A DNA stretch of 64,000 nt from Alphaproteobacteria bacterium (GTDB lineage: Bacteria > Pseudomonadota > Alphaproteobacteria > GCA-2731375), in the NCBI GenBank assembly GCA_965232515.1, contig CBDDPY010000002.1, positions 2,555,528-2,619,527 of the forward strand, written 5' to 3'. A program made the position numbers and the translations under genes. The notes beneath the pieces are model-generated. The model made no database searches. It was not told the origin of the DNA and saw only the letters and a program-made list of their open reading frames with translations. Positions 1 through 9,415 of the stretch are shown in pieces; within the stretch, counting starts at the first letter, position 1; each line of letters starts with the position of its first letter.

Positions 1-2778
1 GCCCAGCTCGCCGCGGAAGAAGCCGACCACCGATTCCGGAAATGCGATGTCTTTCTCCGGGTCGATGACGTCGTCGGGCGTCAGGCCGCTCGAGACCATC
101 ATCAGCGCCATGTCGCCCACCACCTTCGACGAGGGCGTCACCTTGACGATGTCGCCGAACAGCTGGTTGACCTGCGCGTAGGCGAGCGCCACTTCCGGCC
201 AGCGCTTCTCAAGACCCAGCGCGCGCGCCTGCTGCCGCAAATTGGTGTACTGTCCACCCGGCATCTCGTGCAGATAGACCTCCGACGCGCCCGAACGGAT
301 GTCGCTCTCGAAGGCCGCGTAGTTGCCGCGCACCGCCTCCCAGTATGTCGACAGCCGGCGGATCGCCTCCGGGTCCAGGCCGGGGTCGCGCGGACCGTGG
401 CGGAGCGCCTGCACGATCGAGCCCAGGTTCGGCTGCGAGGTCAGGCCGCTCATCGAATCCATCGCCGCGTCGACCGCGTCGGCGCCCGCCTCGACGGCGG
501 CCAGCACGCTCGCTGCCGAAATGCCGCTGGTGTCATGCGTGTGGAAGTGGATCGGCAGCCCAATCTCCTGCTTCAGCGCCCGGACCAGCGTCGCCGCCGC
601 CGTCGGGTTGCAGAGCCCGGCCATGTCCTTGATGCCGAGGATGTGCGCGCCCGCGGCCTCGAGCTCTTTCGCCATGTCGACGTAATAGGCGAGATCGTAT
701 TTCGGCCGCTCCGGATCGGTGAGGTCGCCGGTGTAGCAGATCGCCGCCTCGCAGAGCTTGCCGGTCTCGCGCACGGCGTCGATGGCGACGCGCATGTTCT
801 CGACCCAGTTCAAAGAATCGAAAATGCGGAACAGGTCGACGCCGCCGTCGGCCGCGCGCTCGACGAAATAGCGCACCACGTTGTCGGGATAGTTGGTGTA
901 GCCGACCCCGTTCGACGCCCGGAGCAGCATCTGCTGCAACAGGTTCGGCATGCCCTCGCGCAGCCGCTCGAGGCGATCCCAAGGGCACTCCTTCAAAAAT
1001 CGCATGGCGACGTCGAACGTGGCCCCGCCCCAGCTCTCGACCGACAGCAGCTCCGGCAGCAGCCGGGCGTAGGCCGGCGCGATGTCGACCATGTCCGCGC
1101 TGCGGAAGCGGGTCGCCAGCAGCGACTGGTGCGCGTCGCGGAATGTGGTGTCGGTGACCAGCACCTGTTCCTGGTCCAGCATCCAGCTCGCGAAGCCCTC
1201 GGGCCCGAGTTCTTCCAACCGCTGGCGGCTGCCGGGTGGCGGGTCGTCGCCGAGGTCGCAGTCCGGCGGCTCGGCCATGCGGAGCTGCGCCGGCCGCGGC
1301 CGGTCGGCGACCTCGGGGTTGCCGTTCACCAGGACGTCACCGATGAAGTTCAACAGCCGTGTCGCCCGGTCGCGCCGGCGCGGGAAGCGGAACAGGGCAT
1401 CCGTCTCGTCGATGAACCGCGTCGTGTAGCTCGCGTCCTTGAAGCTCGGATGGTTGATCAGGGTCTCGACGAAGCGCAGGTTGGTCGAGACGCCGCGCAC
1501 GCGGAACTCGCGCAGCGCCCGGTCCATGCGCACGCGTGTCTCCTCCGCCGTGCGGCCCCAGGCCGTGACCTTGACCAGCAGCGAGTCGTAGAACCGGGTG
1601 ATGCGCGCGCCGGAATAGGCCGTGCCGGCGTCGAGCCGGATGCCGAAGCCGGCGGCGCTGCGATAGGCGGTGATGCGGCCGTAATCGGGGATGAAGTTGT
1701 TCTCCGGGTCCTCCGACGTGACCCGGCACTGCATGGCGTGACCGTAGAGGTGGATATCGTCCTGCAACGGCAGGTCGGTGCCCGGTGCGCCCAGCTTCGC
1801 GCCTTCGGCGACGCGGATCTGTGCCTTGATCAGGTCGACGCCGGTGACGCATTCGGTGACCGTGTGCTCGACCTGAATACGCGGGTTCACCTCGATGAAA
1901 TAGAAGTCGCCGGTATCGGCGTCCTGCAGGAACTCGACCGTGCCGGCGGCCTGATAACCGACCGTGCGCGCGAGCTTCAGCGCCGCGTCGCAGAAGGCCT
2001 GGCGCTGCGCGTCGTCCAGATAGATCGCCGGCGCCCGCTCGACGACCTTCTGGTGCCGGCGCTGCACCGAGCAGTCGCGCTCATAGAGGTGCACGACGTT
2101 GCCGTGGAAGTCGCCCAGGATCTGCACCTCCACATGGCGCGCCCGCTCGACCAGCTTCTCGAAATAGACCTCGTCGTTGCCGAAGCCGGCCTGGGCCTCG
2201 CGCCGGGCGGCGCTGACCTGGTCCAGCACCTCGTCGCTCCCGCGGATCACCCGCATGCCGCGGCCGCCGCCGCCCCAGCTCGCCTTCAGCATGACGGGAT
2301 AGCCGATGCCTTCGGCCAGCCGCTTGATCTCGGCGTCGTCGTGCGGCAGCGGATCGGTGGCCGGCATCACCGGCACGCCCGCCTCGATGGCGAGATTGCG
2401 GGCTGCCACCTTGTTGCCGAGCCGCCGCATCACGTCGGGCGTCGGGCCGACGAACGTCACGCCGGCCGCGGCGCAGGCCTCGGCGAACTCCGGGTTCTCG
2501 GACAGAAAGCCGTAACCCGGATGCACGGCGTCGACATGAGCCTCGCGGCAGACGCGGACGATATCGTCAATCGAGAGATAGGCCTCGACCGGCCCCATGC
2601 CCTTGCCGACCTGATAGCTCTCGTCGGCCTTGGTGCGGTGCAGGGCGAAGCGGTCCTCGTCGGAAAAAATCGCCACCGTGGTGATGCCGAGCTCGGTCGC
2701 CGCCCGCATCACCCGGATCGCGATCTCGCCCCGGTTGGCGACCAGCAGCCGCCGAATCTTCCTGCCCCGATAGGTCAT
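1..2778 (-). CDS. pyc: pyruvate carboxylase, N-terminal ~925 aa; the 3' end runs off the window start
   Basis: Minus-strand translation from the ATG at 2778 gives MTYRGRKIRRLLVANRGEIAIRVMRAATELGITTVAIFSDEDRFALHRTKADESYQVGKG. This is a canonical biotin carboxylase N-terminus of PYC, and an HMGL-like carboxyltransferase region follows. There is no stop before position 1. Confidence 0.9.
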   Translation of the reverse strand, partial: MTYRGRKIRRLLVANRGEIAIRVMRAATELGITTVAIFSDEDRFALHRTKADESYQVGKGMGPVEAYLSIDDIVRVCREAHVDAVHPGYGFLSENPEFAEACAAAGVTFVGPTPDVMRRLGNKVAARNLAIEAGVPVMPATDPLPHDDAEIKRLAEGIGYPVMLKASWGGGGRGMRVIRGSDEVLDQVSAARREAQAGFGNDEVYFEKLVERARHVEVQILGDFHGNVVHLYERDCSVQRRHQKVVERAPAIYLDDAQRQAFCDAALKLARTVGYQAAGTVEFLQDADTGDFYFIEVNPRIQVEHTVTECVTGVDLIKAQIRVAEGAKLGAPGTDLPLQDDIHLYGHAMQCRVTSEDPENNFIPDYGRITAYRSAAGFGIRLDAGTAYSGARITRFYDSLLVKVTAWGRTAEETRVRMDRALREFRVRGVSTNLRFVETLINHPSFKDASYTTRFIDETDALFRFPRRRDRATRLLNFIGDVLVNGNPEVADRPRPAQLRMAEPPDCDLGDDPPPGSRQRLEELGPEGFASWMLDQEQVLVTDTTFRDAHQSLLATRFRSADMVDIAPAYARLLPELLSVESWGGATFDVAMRFLKECPWDRLERLREGMPNLLQQMLLRASNGVGYTNYPDNVVRYFVERAADGGVDLFRIFDSLNWVENMRVAIDAVRETGKLCEAAICYTGDLTDPERPKYDLAYYVDMAKELEAAGAHILGIKDMAGLCNPTAAATLVRALKQEIGLPIHFHTHDTSGISAASVLAAVEAGADAVDAAMDSMSGLTSQPNLGSIVQALRHGPRDPGLDPEAIRRLSTYWEAVRGNYAAFESDIRSGASEVYLHEMPGGQYTNLRQQARALGLEKRWPEVALAYAQVNQLFGDIVKVTPSSKVVGDMALMMVSSGLTPDDVIDPEKDIAFPESVVGFFRGELG

Positions 2779-2921
2779 GGCCCTCTCCACACTGACGCCG
2801 ATGCCCGGATTTTCCCCCGGCGAATGATGGCAGGCGCCAAGCCGGTTGTCACGGCGGCCGCATTCGCTGCTATATGTCCTCGTGTCACGGAAACGACATT
2901 TATTCGAGAGAGCGTAGCTAC

Positions 2922-4862
2922 ATGCCGGATCGACCGGATCAATCCCGCCCCGCCCCCGCCTTTCGCCGGGTCATCCTGACGCTGGCGCTCGGCCTCGGCC
3001 TTGCCATGCCGGCAGCGAACGGTCTGGGCGAGGCGCGTTATGTCGAGACGCCGGTTCTGGTGGATGCCATCGCCACCGGGGCGCTGCCGCCGGTCGAGGA
3101 ACGACTGCCCAGCCGTCCCCGCATCGTCACGTTCGACCGCGAGGGGCTGGCGCCCGGCAAACATGGCGGCGAGCTGCGCACGCTGATCCGCAACGGCAAG
3201 GACGTGAAGCTTCTGGTCGTTTACGGCTACGCCCGCCTGGTCGGCTACACGCCCGATTTCGAGCTGGTGCCCGATATTCTTGAGGACGTCGAGGTCGAGG
3301 AAGGCCGGATCTTCACGCTCAGGCTGCGGCCCGGCCACAAATGGTCTGACGGCCACGCGTTCACATCGGAGGACTTCCGCTACTGGTGGGACGACGTCGC
3401 CAACAACCCGGACCTGTCACCCAAAGGTCTGCCCAGGTCCATGCTGCTGGACGGCGCTGCGCCACGCTTCGAGGTGCTGGACAAGTGGACCGTGCGCTAC
3501 ACCTGGGACCGGCCGAACCCGTTCTTCCTGCCGCGCCTGGCCGCCGCCTCGCCGCTCTTTGTCTACCGGCCGGCACACTATCTGCGGCAGTTTCATGAAC
3601 GCTACGGCGACCCGCAGGCGCTGGCTAGCGCGGTGAAGGCGGCGAAGGTCCGCAACTGGGCGGCGCTGCACGACCGGCGCGACAATCTCTACCTCTTCAA
3701 CAATCCCGACCAGCCGACGCTGCAGCCCTGGATCGTGCGCAACGCCCCGCCGTCGACCCGGTTCGTCGCCGAGCGCAATCCATTCTTCCATCGCGTGGAC
3801 GAGGCCGGCCGGCAATTGCCCTATATCGACCGCGTCGTGCTGGCGGTGACGGCAAGCGCGCTGATCCCCGCAAAGGCAGCGGCCGGGGACAGCGACCTGC
3901 AAAGCCGCGGCCTGTCGTTTCAGGACTACGCGCTGTTGCAGGAGAATGCCGCGCGCAGCAGCTACCGGCCGCTGCTGTGGCGCGAGGCCAGCGGCGCGCA
4001 GATCGCCCTGTTCCCGAACCTGAACGTCAACGACCCGGTCTGGCGCAAGCTGCTGCAGGACGTGCGCTTCCGGCGCGCGCTGAGCCTCGCCATCGACCGC
4101 TACGCGGTGAACGAGTTCCTGTTCTTCGGCCTCGGCCGCGAGAGCAACAACACAGTGCTGAAGGAAAGCCCGCTCTATCGGCCGGAGTATCAGACGTCCT
4201 GGACCGAGCACGACCCCGGCCGCGCGAACGCGCTGCTGGACGAGCTCGGGCTGACCGAACGGAACGCCGAGGGCACCCGGCTGCTGCCCGACGGCCGGCC
4301 GCTGCAGATCGTCGTCGAGACCGCCGGCGAGCAGACGACCCAGGTCGATTTTCTCGAGCTGATCGAGCAGAACTGGAACGAGGTCGGCGTCAAGCTGTTC
4401 AGCAAACCGTCGCACCGCGCCACGCTGCGCGCGCGGGTGTCGAGCGGCGAGACCATGATGTCCGTCTGGACCGGCCTGTTGAACGCAGTGCCGACGGCGG
4501 ACAGCAGCCCCGAGGAGCTGGTACCGAGCAGCCGGATCGATTTTCAATGGCCGAAATGGGGCCTCTACGAGGAAACCGGCGGCACCTCGGGCGAGCCGGT
4601 CGATCTGGCGGAAGTGAAAGAGCTGCTGCGGTTGAACACGGCCTGGCTGGCCGCCACCGACCGCGACAGCCGCGCGACGATCTGGCACCAGATGCTGCGG
4701 ATCCACGCCGAGCAGATCTTCTCCATCGGCGTCATCTCGGGCGTGCGCCAGCCGGTCGTGGTCTCGAACCGGCTGATGAACGTGCCCACCGAGGCGATTT
4801 ACAATTGGGACCCCGGCGCCATCATCGGCGTCTACCGGCCCGACACCTTCTGGTTCAAGTGA
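2922..4862 (+). CDS. ABC transporter periplasmic substrate-binding protein, family 5 (DppA/OppA/YejA-like); no permease or ATPase genes adjacent
   Basis: 647 aa. N-terminal signal peptide RRVILTLALGLGLAMPAANG. Overall family-5 SBP architecture. Start chosen at the Met that follows GAGAGA. Confidence 0.8.
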   Translation: MPDRPDQSRPAPAFRRVILTLALGLGLAMPAANGLGEARYVETPVLVDAIATGALPPVEERLPSRPRIVTFDREGLAPGKHGGELRTLIRNGKDVKLLVVYGYARLVGYTPDFELVPDILEDVEVEEGRIFTLRLRPGHKWSDGHAFTSEDFRYWWDDVANNPDLSPKGLPRSMLLDGAAPRFEVLDKWTVRYTWDRPNPFFLPRLAAASPLFVYRPAHYLRQFHERYGDPQALASAVKAAKVRNWAALHDRRDNLYLFNNPDQPTLQPWIVRNAPPSTRFVAERNPFFHRVDEAGRQLPYIDRVVLAVTASALIPAKAAAGDSDLQSRGLSFQDYALLQENAARSSYRPLLWREASGAQIALFPNLNVNDPVWRKLLQDVRFRRALSLAIDRYAVNEFLFFGLGRESNNTVLKESPLYRPEYQTSWTEHDPGRANALLDELGLTERNAEGTRLLPDGRPLQIVVETAGEQTTQVDFLELIEQNWNEVGVKLFSKPSHRATLRARVSSGETMMSVWTGLLNAVPTADSSPEELVPSSRIDFQWPKWGLYEETGGTSGEPVDLAEVKELLRLNTAWLAATDRDSRATIWHQMLRIHAEQIFSIGVISGVRQPVVVSNRLMNVPTEAIYNWDPGAIIGVYRPDTFWFK

Positions 4863-4880
4863 CAAGGGGAGCTTGGACGA

Positions 4881-6178
4881 TGCACTATGATGCGATCATC
4901 ATCGGCGCCGGCATCATCGGCGCCTGCACGGCTTATGAACTGTCGAAGCGCGGCTATCGCACGCTGAACGTCGACAAGCTGCCGGCGGCGGGCTACGGCT
5001 CGACAGGCAGCTCGTGCGCCATCATCCGCACACATTACTCGACGCTCGACGGCTCGGCGCTGGCCTACGAGGGCTACCACTACTGGACCGACTGGCCCGG
5101 CTATATCGGTGTCGACGACGAGCGCGGCCTGGCCAGGTTCCACGAGACCGGCTGCATCGTCATGAAGACCGAGCTCAACAGCTATCTCGAGCCGATCTGC
5201 CGCACCATGGACGAGATCGGCGTGCCCTGGCATGACCTGGGCCCGGCCGACGTCAAGGCGAAGCTGCCGATCTACGACCTGCACCGCTTTGGCCCCGTGA
5301 AGCTGCCGGACGATCCCGGCTTCGGCGAGGCGACCGGCGAGGCGCTGGCCGGCGCGGTGCTGTTCCCGAAGGCCGGCTATATCAGCGACCCGCAGCTCGC
5401 GACCCACAACGTGCAACGCGCGGTCGAGGCGACGGGCGGCGAGTTCCTGTTCAACGCGGAGGTCACCGCCATCCGGCAGGCCGACGGCCGCGTTTGCGGC
5501 ATCAGCCTCGCCGACGGCCGCGACATCGACGCGCCTGTTGTCGTCAACGTCGCCGGACCGCATTCCTTCAAGATCAACCAATTGGCCGGCGTCGAGGCCG
5601 GCATGAACATCAAGACACGCGCGCTGCGCCAAGAGGTGGCGCACGTGCCCTCGCCGGTCGGCTTCGATTTCGAGGCCGACGGCTTCGTGATCTCGGACAG
5701 CGATATCGGTTGTTACAGCCGGCCGGAGCTGGGCAATCACATCCTGATCGGCAGCGAAGATCCGGAATGCGACGACCGCGAATGGGTCGATCCCGACGAC
5801 TACAACCGCGAATTCACGGCGCAATGGCAGACCCAGGTCTATCGCGCCGCCCAGCGCATCCCCAGCCTCGGCATCCCGAACCAGACCAAGGGCGTGGTCG
5901 ATCTCTACGACGTGTCGGACGACTGGATCCCGATCTACGACAAGTCGGACCTGCCGGGCTTCTACATGGCGGTCGGCAGCAGCGGTAATCAGTTCAAGAA
6001 CGCGCCTGTCGCCGGCGCCATGATGGCGGAGCTGATCCTGGCCTGCGAAGGCGGGCGCGATCACGACGCCGAGCCCGTGCGCTTCGCGCTCCGGCACATT
6101 GGCCGCGAGGTCGATATCGGCTTCTATTCCCGCCGGCGCGAAATCAACCGGGAGAGCAGCTTCTCGGTGCTCGGTTAG
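4881..6178 (+). CDS. FAD-dependent oxidoreductase (DAO family; sarcosine/opine/D-amino-acid oxidase-like)
   Basis: N-terminal Rossmann motif MHYDAIIIGAGIIGACTAYEL. C-terminal GSSGNQFKNAPVAGAMMAELI. It lies 18 nt downstream of the SBP gene, so likely in the same operon. Confidence 0.8.
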
Positions 6179-6786
6179 CCCGACGTCCAGCGACGCCGCG
6201 CCAGGCCTAGGCCGAGCAGACCGATACCGAAAAGACCGATGCCCATCGGTTCGGCAACGATGATCTGACCCCGGATTTCCCCCGACTGATAGTCATCCGT
6301 GTGGACGTTGTAGTAGAGGTTGCCGTTCAACAGATCTTCGATCATGGCGGTGAAGGCGCCATCGTCGACAATAAGTTGAAAGCCCACCGTCGTGGCGCCG
6401 TCGAGGATGTCGCTGAACGTGCCGTCAGCGCCGACATTCACGACGATCGGACCGTTCGACCCGGCGGGCGCCAGGTGAATATGCACCGGGCTGCCGCCGA
6501 CATCGAACAGCTCGGGCTGGGTGATGCCCAGCACGGACAATGTCAGATCGTAAAGCCCGGTCTCGGTATCGACACGCAGCGACGCCGTCCCGGTCGCATC
6601 GCTCGGCACCGGGTTCGACGGCATGACCTCCTGAAAGAAGTCGAGGCTGGTATCGACCGAAATGACGGCGGCCTGTGCCGGCCGCGCCAGGACAAACGCC
6701 GCGATCACCATCCCCGCCAGCATCGCGCTATGGATGGCGCGACCGAAGCGCGCCTGCCGACGTCGCTGAAACTGCAAGTTGGGCAT
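6175..6786 (-). CDS. CHRD domain-containing protein with C-terminal PEP-CTERM sorting signal
   Basis: Signal peptide MLAGMVIAAFVLARPAQA. CHRD hallmark VHIHLAPAGSNGPIVV. C-terminal AEPMGIGLFGIGLLGLGLARRRW fits a PEP motif followed by a TM helix and an Arg cluster. Convergent with the oxidoreductase and overlapping it by 4 nt. Confidence 0.7.
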   Translation of the reverse strand: MPNLQFQRRRQARFGRAIHSAMLAGMVIAAFVLARPAQAAVISVDTSLDFFQEVMPSNPVPSDATGTASLRVDTETGLYDLTLSVLGITQPELFDVGGSPVHIHLAPAGSNGPIVVNVGADGTFSDILDGATTVGFQLIVDDGAFTAMIEDLLNGNLYYNVHTDDYQSGEIRGQIIVAEPMGIGLFGIGLLGLGLARRRWTSG

Positions 6787-6940
6787 GGGCTTGCACCTCC
6801 GCTGCAGCAGGTATCGCCAACGTCGGTTCAAGTTGGCGAACCGGCATCCCACTCGATGCGACGATGCTAGGGGGCGGTTACGAAGGATCGTGTGATCAGC
6901 GTGTGTCTTTGCTGCGGCGCAGCATTAGCGGGATCGTTTA

Positions 6941-7600
6941 TTAGCGCCAGGCCCATTCCGGCTGGTCGTAGCCGTCGACGCGCGTGCCGCGGCCGTGCAG
7001 GGCGACCTCGCGAAACTGATAGAGCACGGCCGCGGTCGGCGCATGGATCTGACTGTCGCCGATCAGGACCTTGATGATCGGCCTGACATCGTGCGGATTG
7101 GCGACGAACTGCGGCGAGTCCGGCCGGTCCAGCTCGGTCAGCGGAATGCGATGGATGGCCGCAACCTCGTCGGGGTTGGCGACCAGATCGCCGCCCCGGT
7201 CGGTCCAGGCGACGACCGGCGTGATCAGATAGCCGGAACGCGTCGGATAGTCGTCGAGCTGGCCGATGACTGCTGACGGCGGCAGTGCGAGGCCGATCTC
7301 CTCGGCGATTTCGCGGCGGGCGGCCTGCACGATCGTTTCGCCGGCGTCGAGACGGCCACCCGGCAACGCCCATTGGCCGGAATGCCGCCGCAGGCCGGTC
7401 GCGCGGCGAGTCAGAATCAGCGCGGCGTCGCCGTCGTCCATACCGACCAGCAGCACCGTCACCGCCGCGCGCTTCAAGCCGTTGTCGGACCGCTGTTGGA
7501 CATCAAAGGCGGCGACGTTCGCCGAGATCCGCCGATGCAGCGCCGCGTCGAAGCGGTAGGTTGGCGCGAATGTATCCTCGCTCGATGGCATGTCAGGCAT
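6941..7600 (-). CDS. NUDIX hydrolase
   Basis: Nudix box GGRLDAGETIVQAARREIAEEIGL. Start taken at MPDMPSSEDT. Confidence 0.75.
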   Translation of the reverse strand: MPDMPSSEDTFAPTYRFDAALHRRISANVAAFDVQQRSDNGLKRAAVTVLLVGMDDGDAALILTRRATGLRRHSGQWALPGGRLDAGETIVQAARREIAEEIGLALPPSAVIGQLDDYPTRSGYLITPVVAWTDRGGDLVANPDEVAAIHRIPLTELDRPDSPQFVANPHDVRPIIKVLIGDSQIHAPTAAVLYQFREVALHGRGTRVDGYDQPEWAWR

Positions 7601-7672
7601 GGCGGCTCGATCCTTCCGGCGCCTGTTGGAGCAGGAAATGCCGCACCTCGTCAATCGCAGAAGACGATCGGT

Positions 7673-8257
7673 TCAGCGACCAGCCACCAGGTTCTCGCCC
7701 ACCGCCGCGCGACAGGCATCGAGAATGTTGGTTGCCAATGCATCGTCGTGCACGCCGCGGGCGACGATCAGCCCGCCGACGCAGAGCGCGATGCTCGCCA
7801 GGATGCGCGGATCGCGACTGTCCGCATCCGGCAGGCCGCGGGCGAACTCGCCGGCCAGTTCCTCGACCTTGTGTGTGTAGGCCTCGCGCACCGGACGTCC
7901 GGCGCGCGCCACGTCGACCGAGAGCGAGGCCATGGCGCAGCCCTGTCCGACGCGGCGCCGGTTGTCGGGGTGCAGATAGCCTGCCACCACCTCGAGCGCC
8001 TGTTGCGTCAGCTCAGCCGACGTTTCACCGTCGCGCGCCTGCAGGCGCTTGTTGAAGTCGTGCTCCCCGCGCATCACCTCGGCGAACAGCTCGGCCTTCG
8101 AGCGGAAATAACCGTAGAAGCCGCCACGTGTCAGCTTTGCCGCCGCCATGATGCCGTCGATGCCGACGCCGGCATAGCCGAAGCGGCGGAACAGACGACC
8201 GGCCTGCTGCACGATGCGCGCCTTGGTCTGCTGCTTGTGTTCCGGCCGGTACCGCAT
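7673..8257 (-). CDS. TetR/AcrR family transcriptional regulator
   Basis: N-terminal HTH region RIVQQAGRLFRRFGYAGVGIDGIMAAAKLTRGGFYGYFRSKAELF. Divergent from the GST gene. Confidence 0.8.
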   Translation of the reverse strand: MRYRPEHKQQTKARIVQQAGRLFRRFGYAGVGIDGIMAAAKLTRGGFYGYFRSKAELFAEVMRGEHDFNKRLQARDGETSAELTQQALEVVAGYLHPDNRRRVGQGCAMASLSVDVARAGRPVREAYTHKVEELAGEFARGLPDADSRDPRILASIALCVGGLIVARGVHDDALATNILDACRAAVGENLVAGR

Positions 8258-8280
8258 ATCCGGTTCTCCCGTATCACTCT

Positions 8281-8325
8281 TTACATGTCGACTGTACTGC
8301 AATTAGCATGTCGATCAACATGTAA
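8281..8325. promoter_or_regulatory. candidate TetR operator in the divergent TetR-GST intergenic region
   Basis: Inverted repeat TTACATGT (8281-8288) and ACATGTAA (8318-8325). Direct repeat CATGTCGA at 8284-8291 and 8307-8314. The region lies between the divergent starts at 8257 and 8338. Confidence 0.3.
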
Positions 8326-8337
8326 TAAGGGAGGCGG

Positions 8338-9108
8338 ATGATGGAACCGGCCGTCGAGCTGCTGCAGTTTCCCTATTCCCACTTCAACGAAAAGGTGCGC
8401 TGGGCGCTGGACTTCAAACAGGTGCCGCATCGGCGGCAGAGCTATCTGCCCGGGCCGCATATTCCGGCCATCCGCCGCCTGACCGGCCAGACCAAGACGC
8501 CTGTCGTGCGGTTCGGCGATACGCTCGTGCACGGTACGGCGCGCATCATCGACGAGCTGGAAACGCGGTATGCCGAACCGCCGCTTTACCCCGAGGCGCC
8601 TGATCAGCGCGAACGCGCGCTCGAACTACAACACTGGTTCGACGAGGACGTCGGGCCGGCCGTGCGCTGCGCGCTGTTCGCGGAGATGATCGGCGAGCTT
8701 GGTTATCTCAGCCGCCTATTCGCCGGCGAAAAGAGCCTTTTGGTGCGCGCGCTTTACCGCAGCAGTCTGCCGTTCGTTCGGGGTCTTATGCGCAAGGGAA
8801 ACGGCGTGACCGGTCCGGACGCCGTCGCTGCCGCACGGACCCGCACACGCGAAGCGCTCGACTTCGTGGCGCGCGAAACCGCCGACAGCGGCTATCTCGT
8901 CGGCGACCGGTTCAGCGTCGCCGACCTGACGGCGGCGGCCCTGCTAGCGCCCGCGGCCAACCCGCCGGGCGTGCCGACGATCAGCAAACCGGAACCCATG
9001 CCCGCCAGCGTCAAGGCCTGGCACGACGAATGGGCCGACCACCCCGGCGTCGCCTGGGTGCACGCGCAGTTCGCGCGGCACCGCCCGGCGTCCGCGGCCA
9101 TTTCCTGA
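8338..9108 (+). CDS. glutathione S-transferase family protein
   Basis: 256 aa. N-terminal thioredoxin-like region with PHIPAIRRLTGQTKTPVV and an alpha-helical C-terminal domain. Preceded by AAGGGAGG. Confidence 0.8.
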   Translation: MMEPAVELLQFPYSHFNEKVRWALDFKQVPHRRQSYLPGPHIPAIRRLTGQTKTPVVRFGDTLVHGTARIIDELETRYAEPPLYPEAPDQRERALELQHWFDEDVGPAVRCALFAEMIGELGYLSRLFAGEKSLLVRALYRSSLPFVRGLMRKGNGVTGPDAVAAARTRTREALDFVARETADSGYLVGDRFSVADLTAAALLAPAANPPGVPTISKPEPMPASVKAWHDEWADHPGVAWVHAQFARHRPASAAIS

Positions 9109-9136
9109 GGATGTGGATCAGCGGCGGTGTCTTCCG

Positions 9137-9220
9137 TCAGAAATACGCCTGACCGATGTGATACACCACCAGCGCCAGTGCGATCGCGCCCGCGATCCCG
9201 GCGACATAATGATACAGCAT
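9137..9220 (-). CDS. candidate 27-aa single-pass membrane peptide MLYHYVAGIAGAIALALVVYHIGQAYF
   Basis: GGAGG lies 10 nt upstream of the ATG at 9220, which is strong SD spacing. The product is a single hydrophobic helix. It is below the ORF-track size cutoff. Coding status is unverified. Confidence 0.3.
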   Translation of the reverse strand: MLYHYVAGIAGAIALALVVYHIGQAYF

Positions 9221-9415
9221 TGCTCAGCGGCCTCCCGACCCGACCTGCAGGCTGTGTCATTATTGTGGCGCTAATTGTCAGATTTGCCAGACCGTGCGCG
9301 ATAATGCCCTGAATTTGTCACAGACGACGTTCGCGTGCGCAAATCGGAGCATCGAAAACAAATTGATGAGGGTATTGCTTCCATCCTCCAACCACCTCAG
9401 AAGGCTAAGGGTGGT

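Noticed and set aside
268-2979. 903-aa plus-strand ORF, the largest in the track
   Set aside because: It lies entirely antisense to the clearly recognisable pyruvate carboxylase gene (minus strand, start 2778). The product is Arg/Ala/Gly-rich with no motifs. It is a typical GC-rich antisense artefact.
3417-4865. 482-aa minus-strand ORF
   Set aside because: Antisense to the family-5 SBP gene, whose signal peptide and fold are clear. The translation is low complexity.
3977-6178. 733-aa plus-strand ORF
   Set aside because: The N-terminal 300 codons are an out-of-frame read through the SBP gene. Only 4881-6178, starting MHYDAIIIGAGIIG, is the real FAD oxidoreductase.
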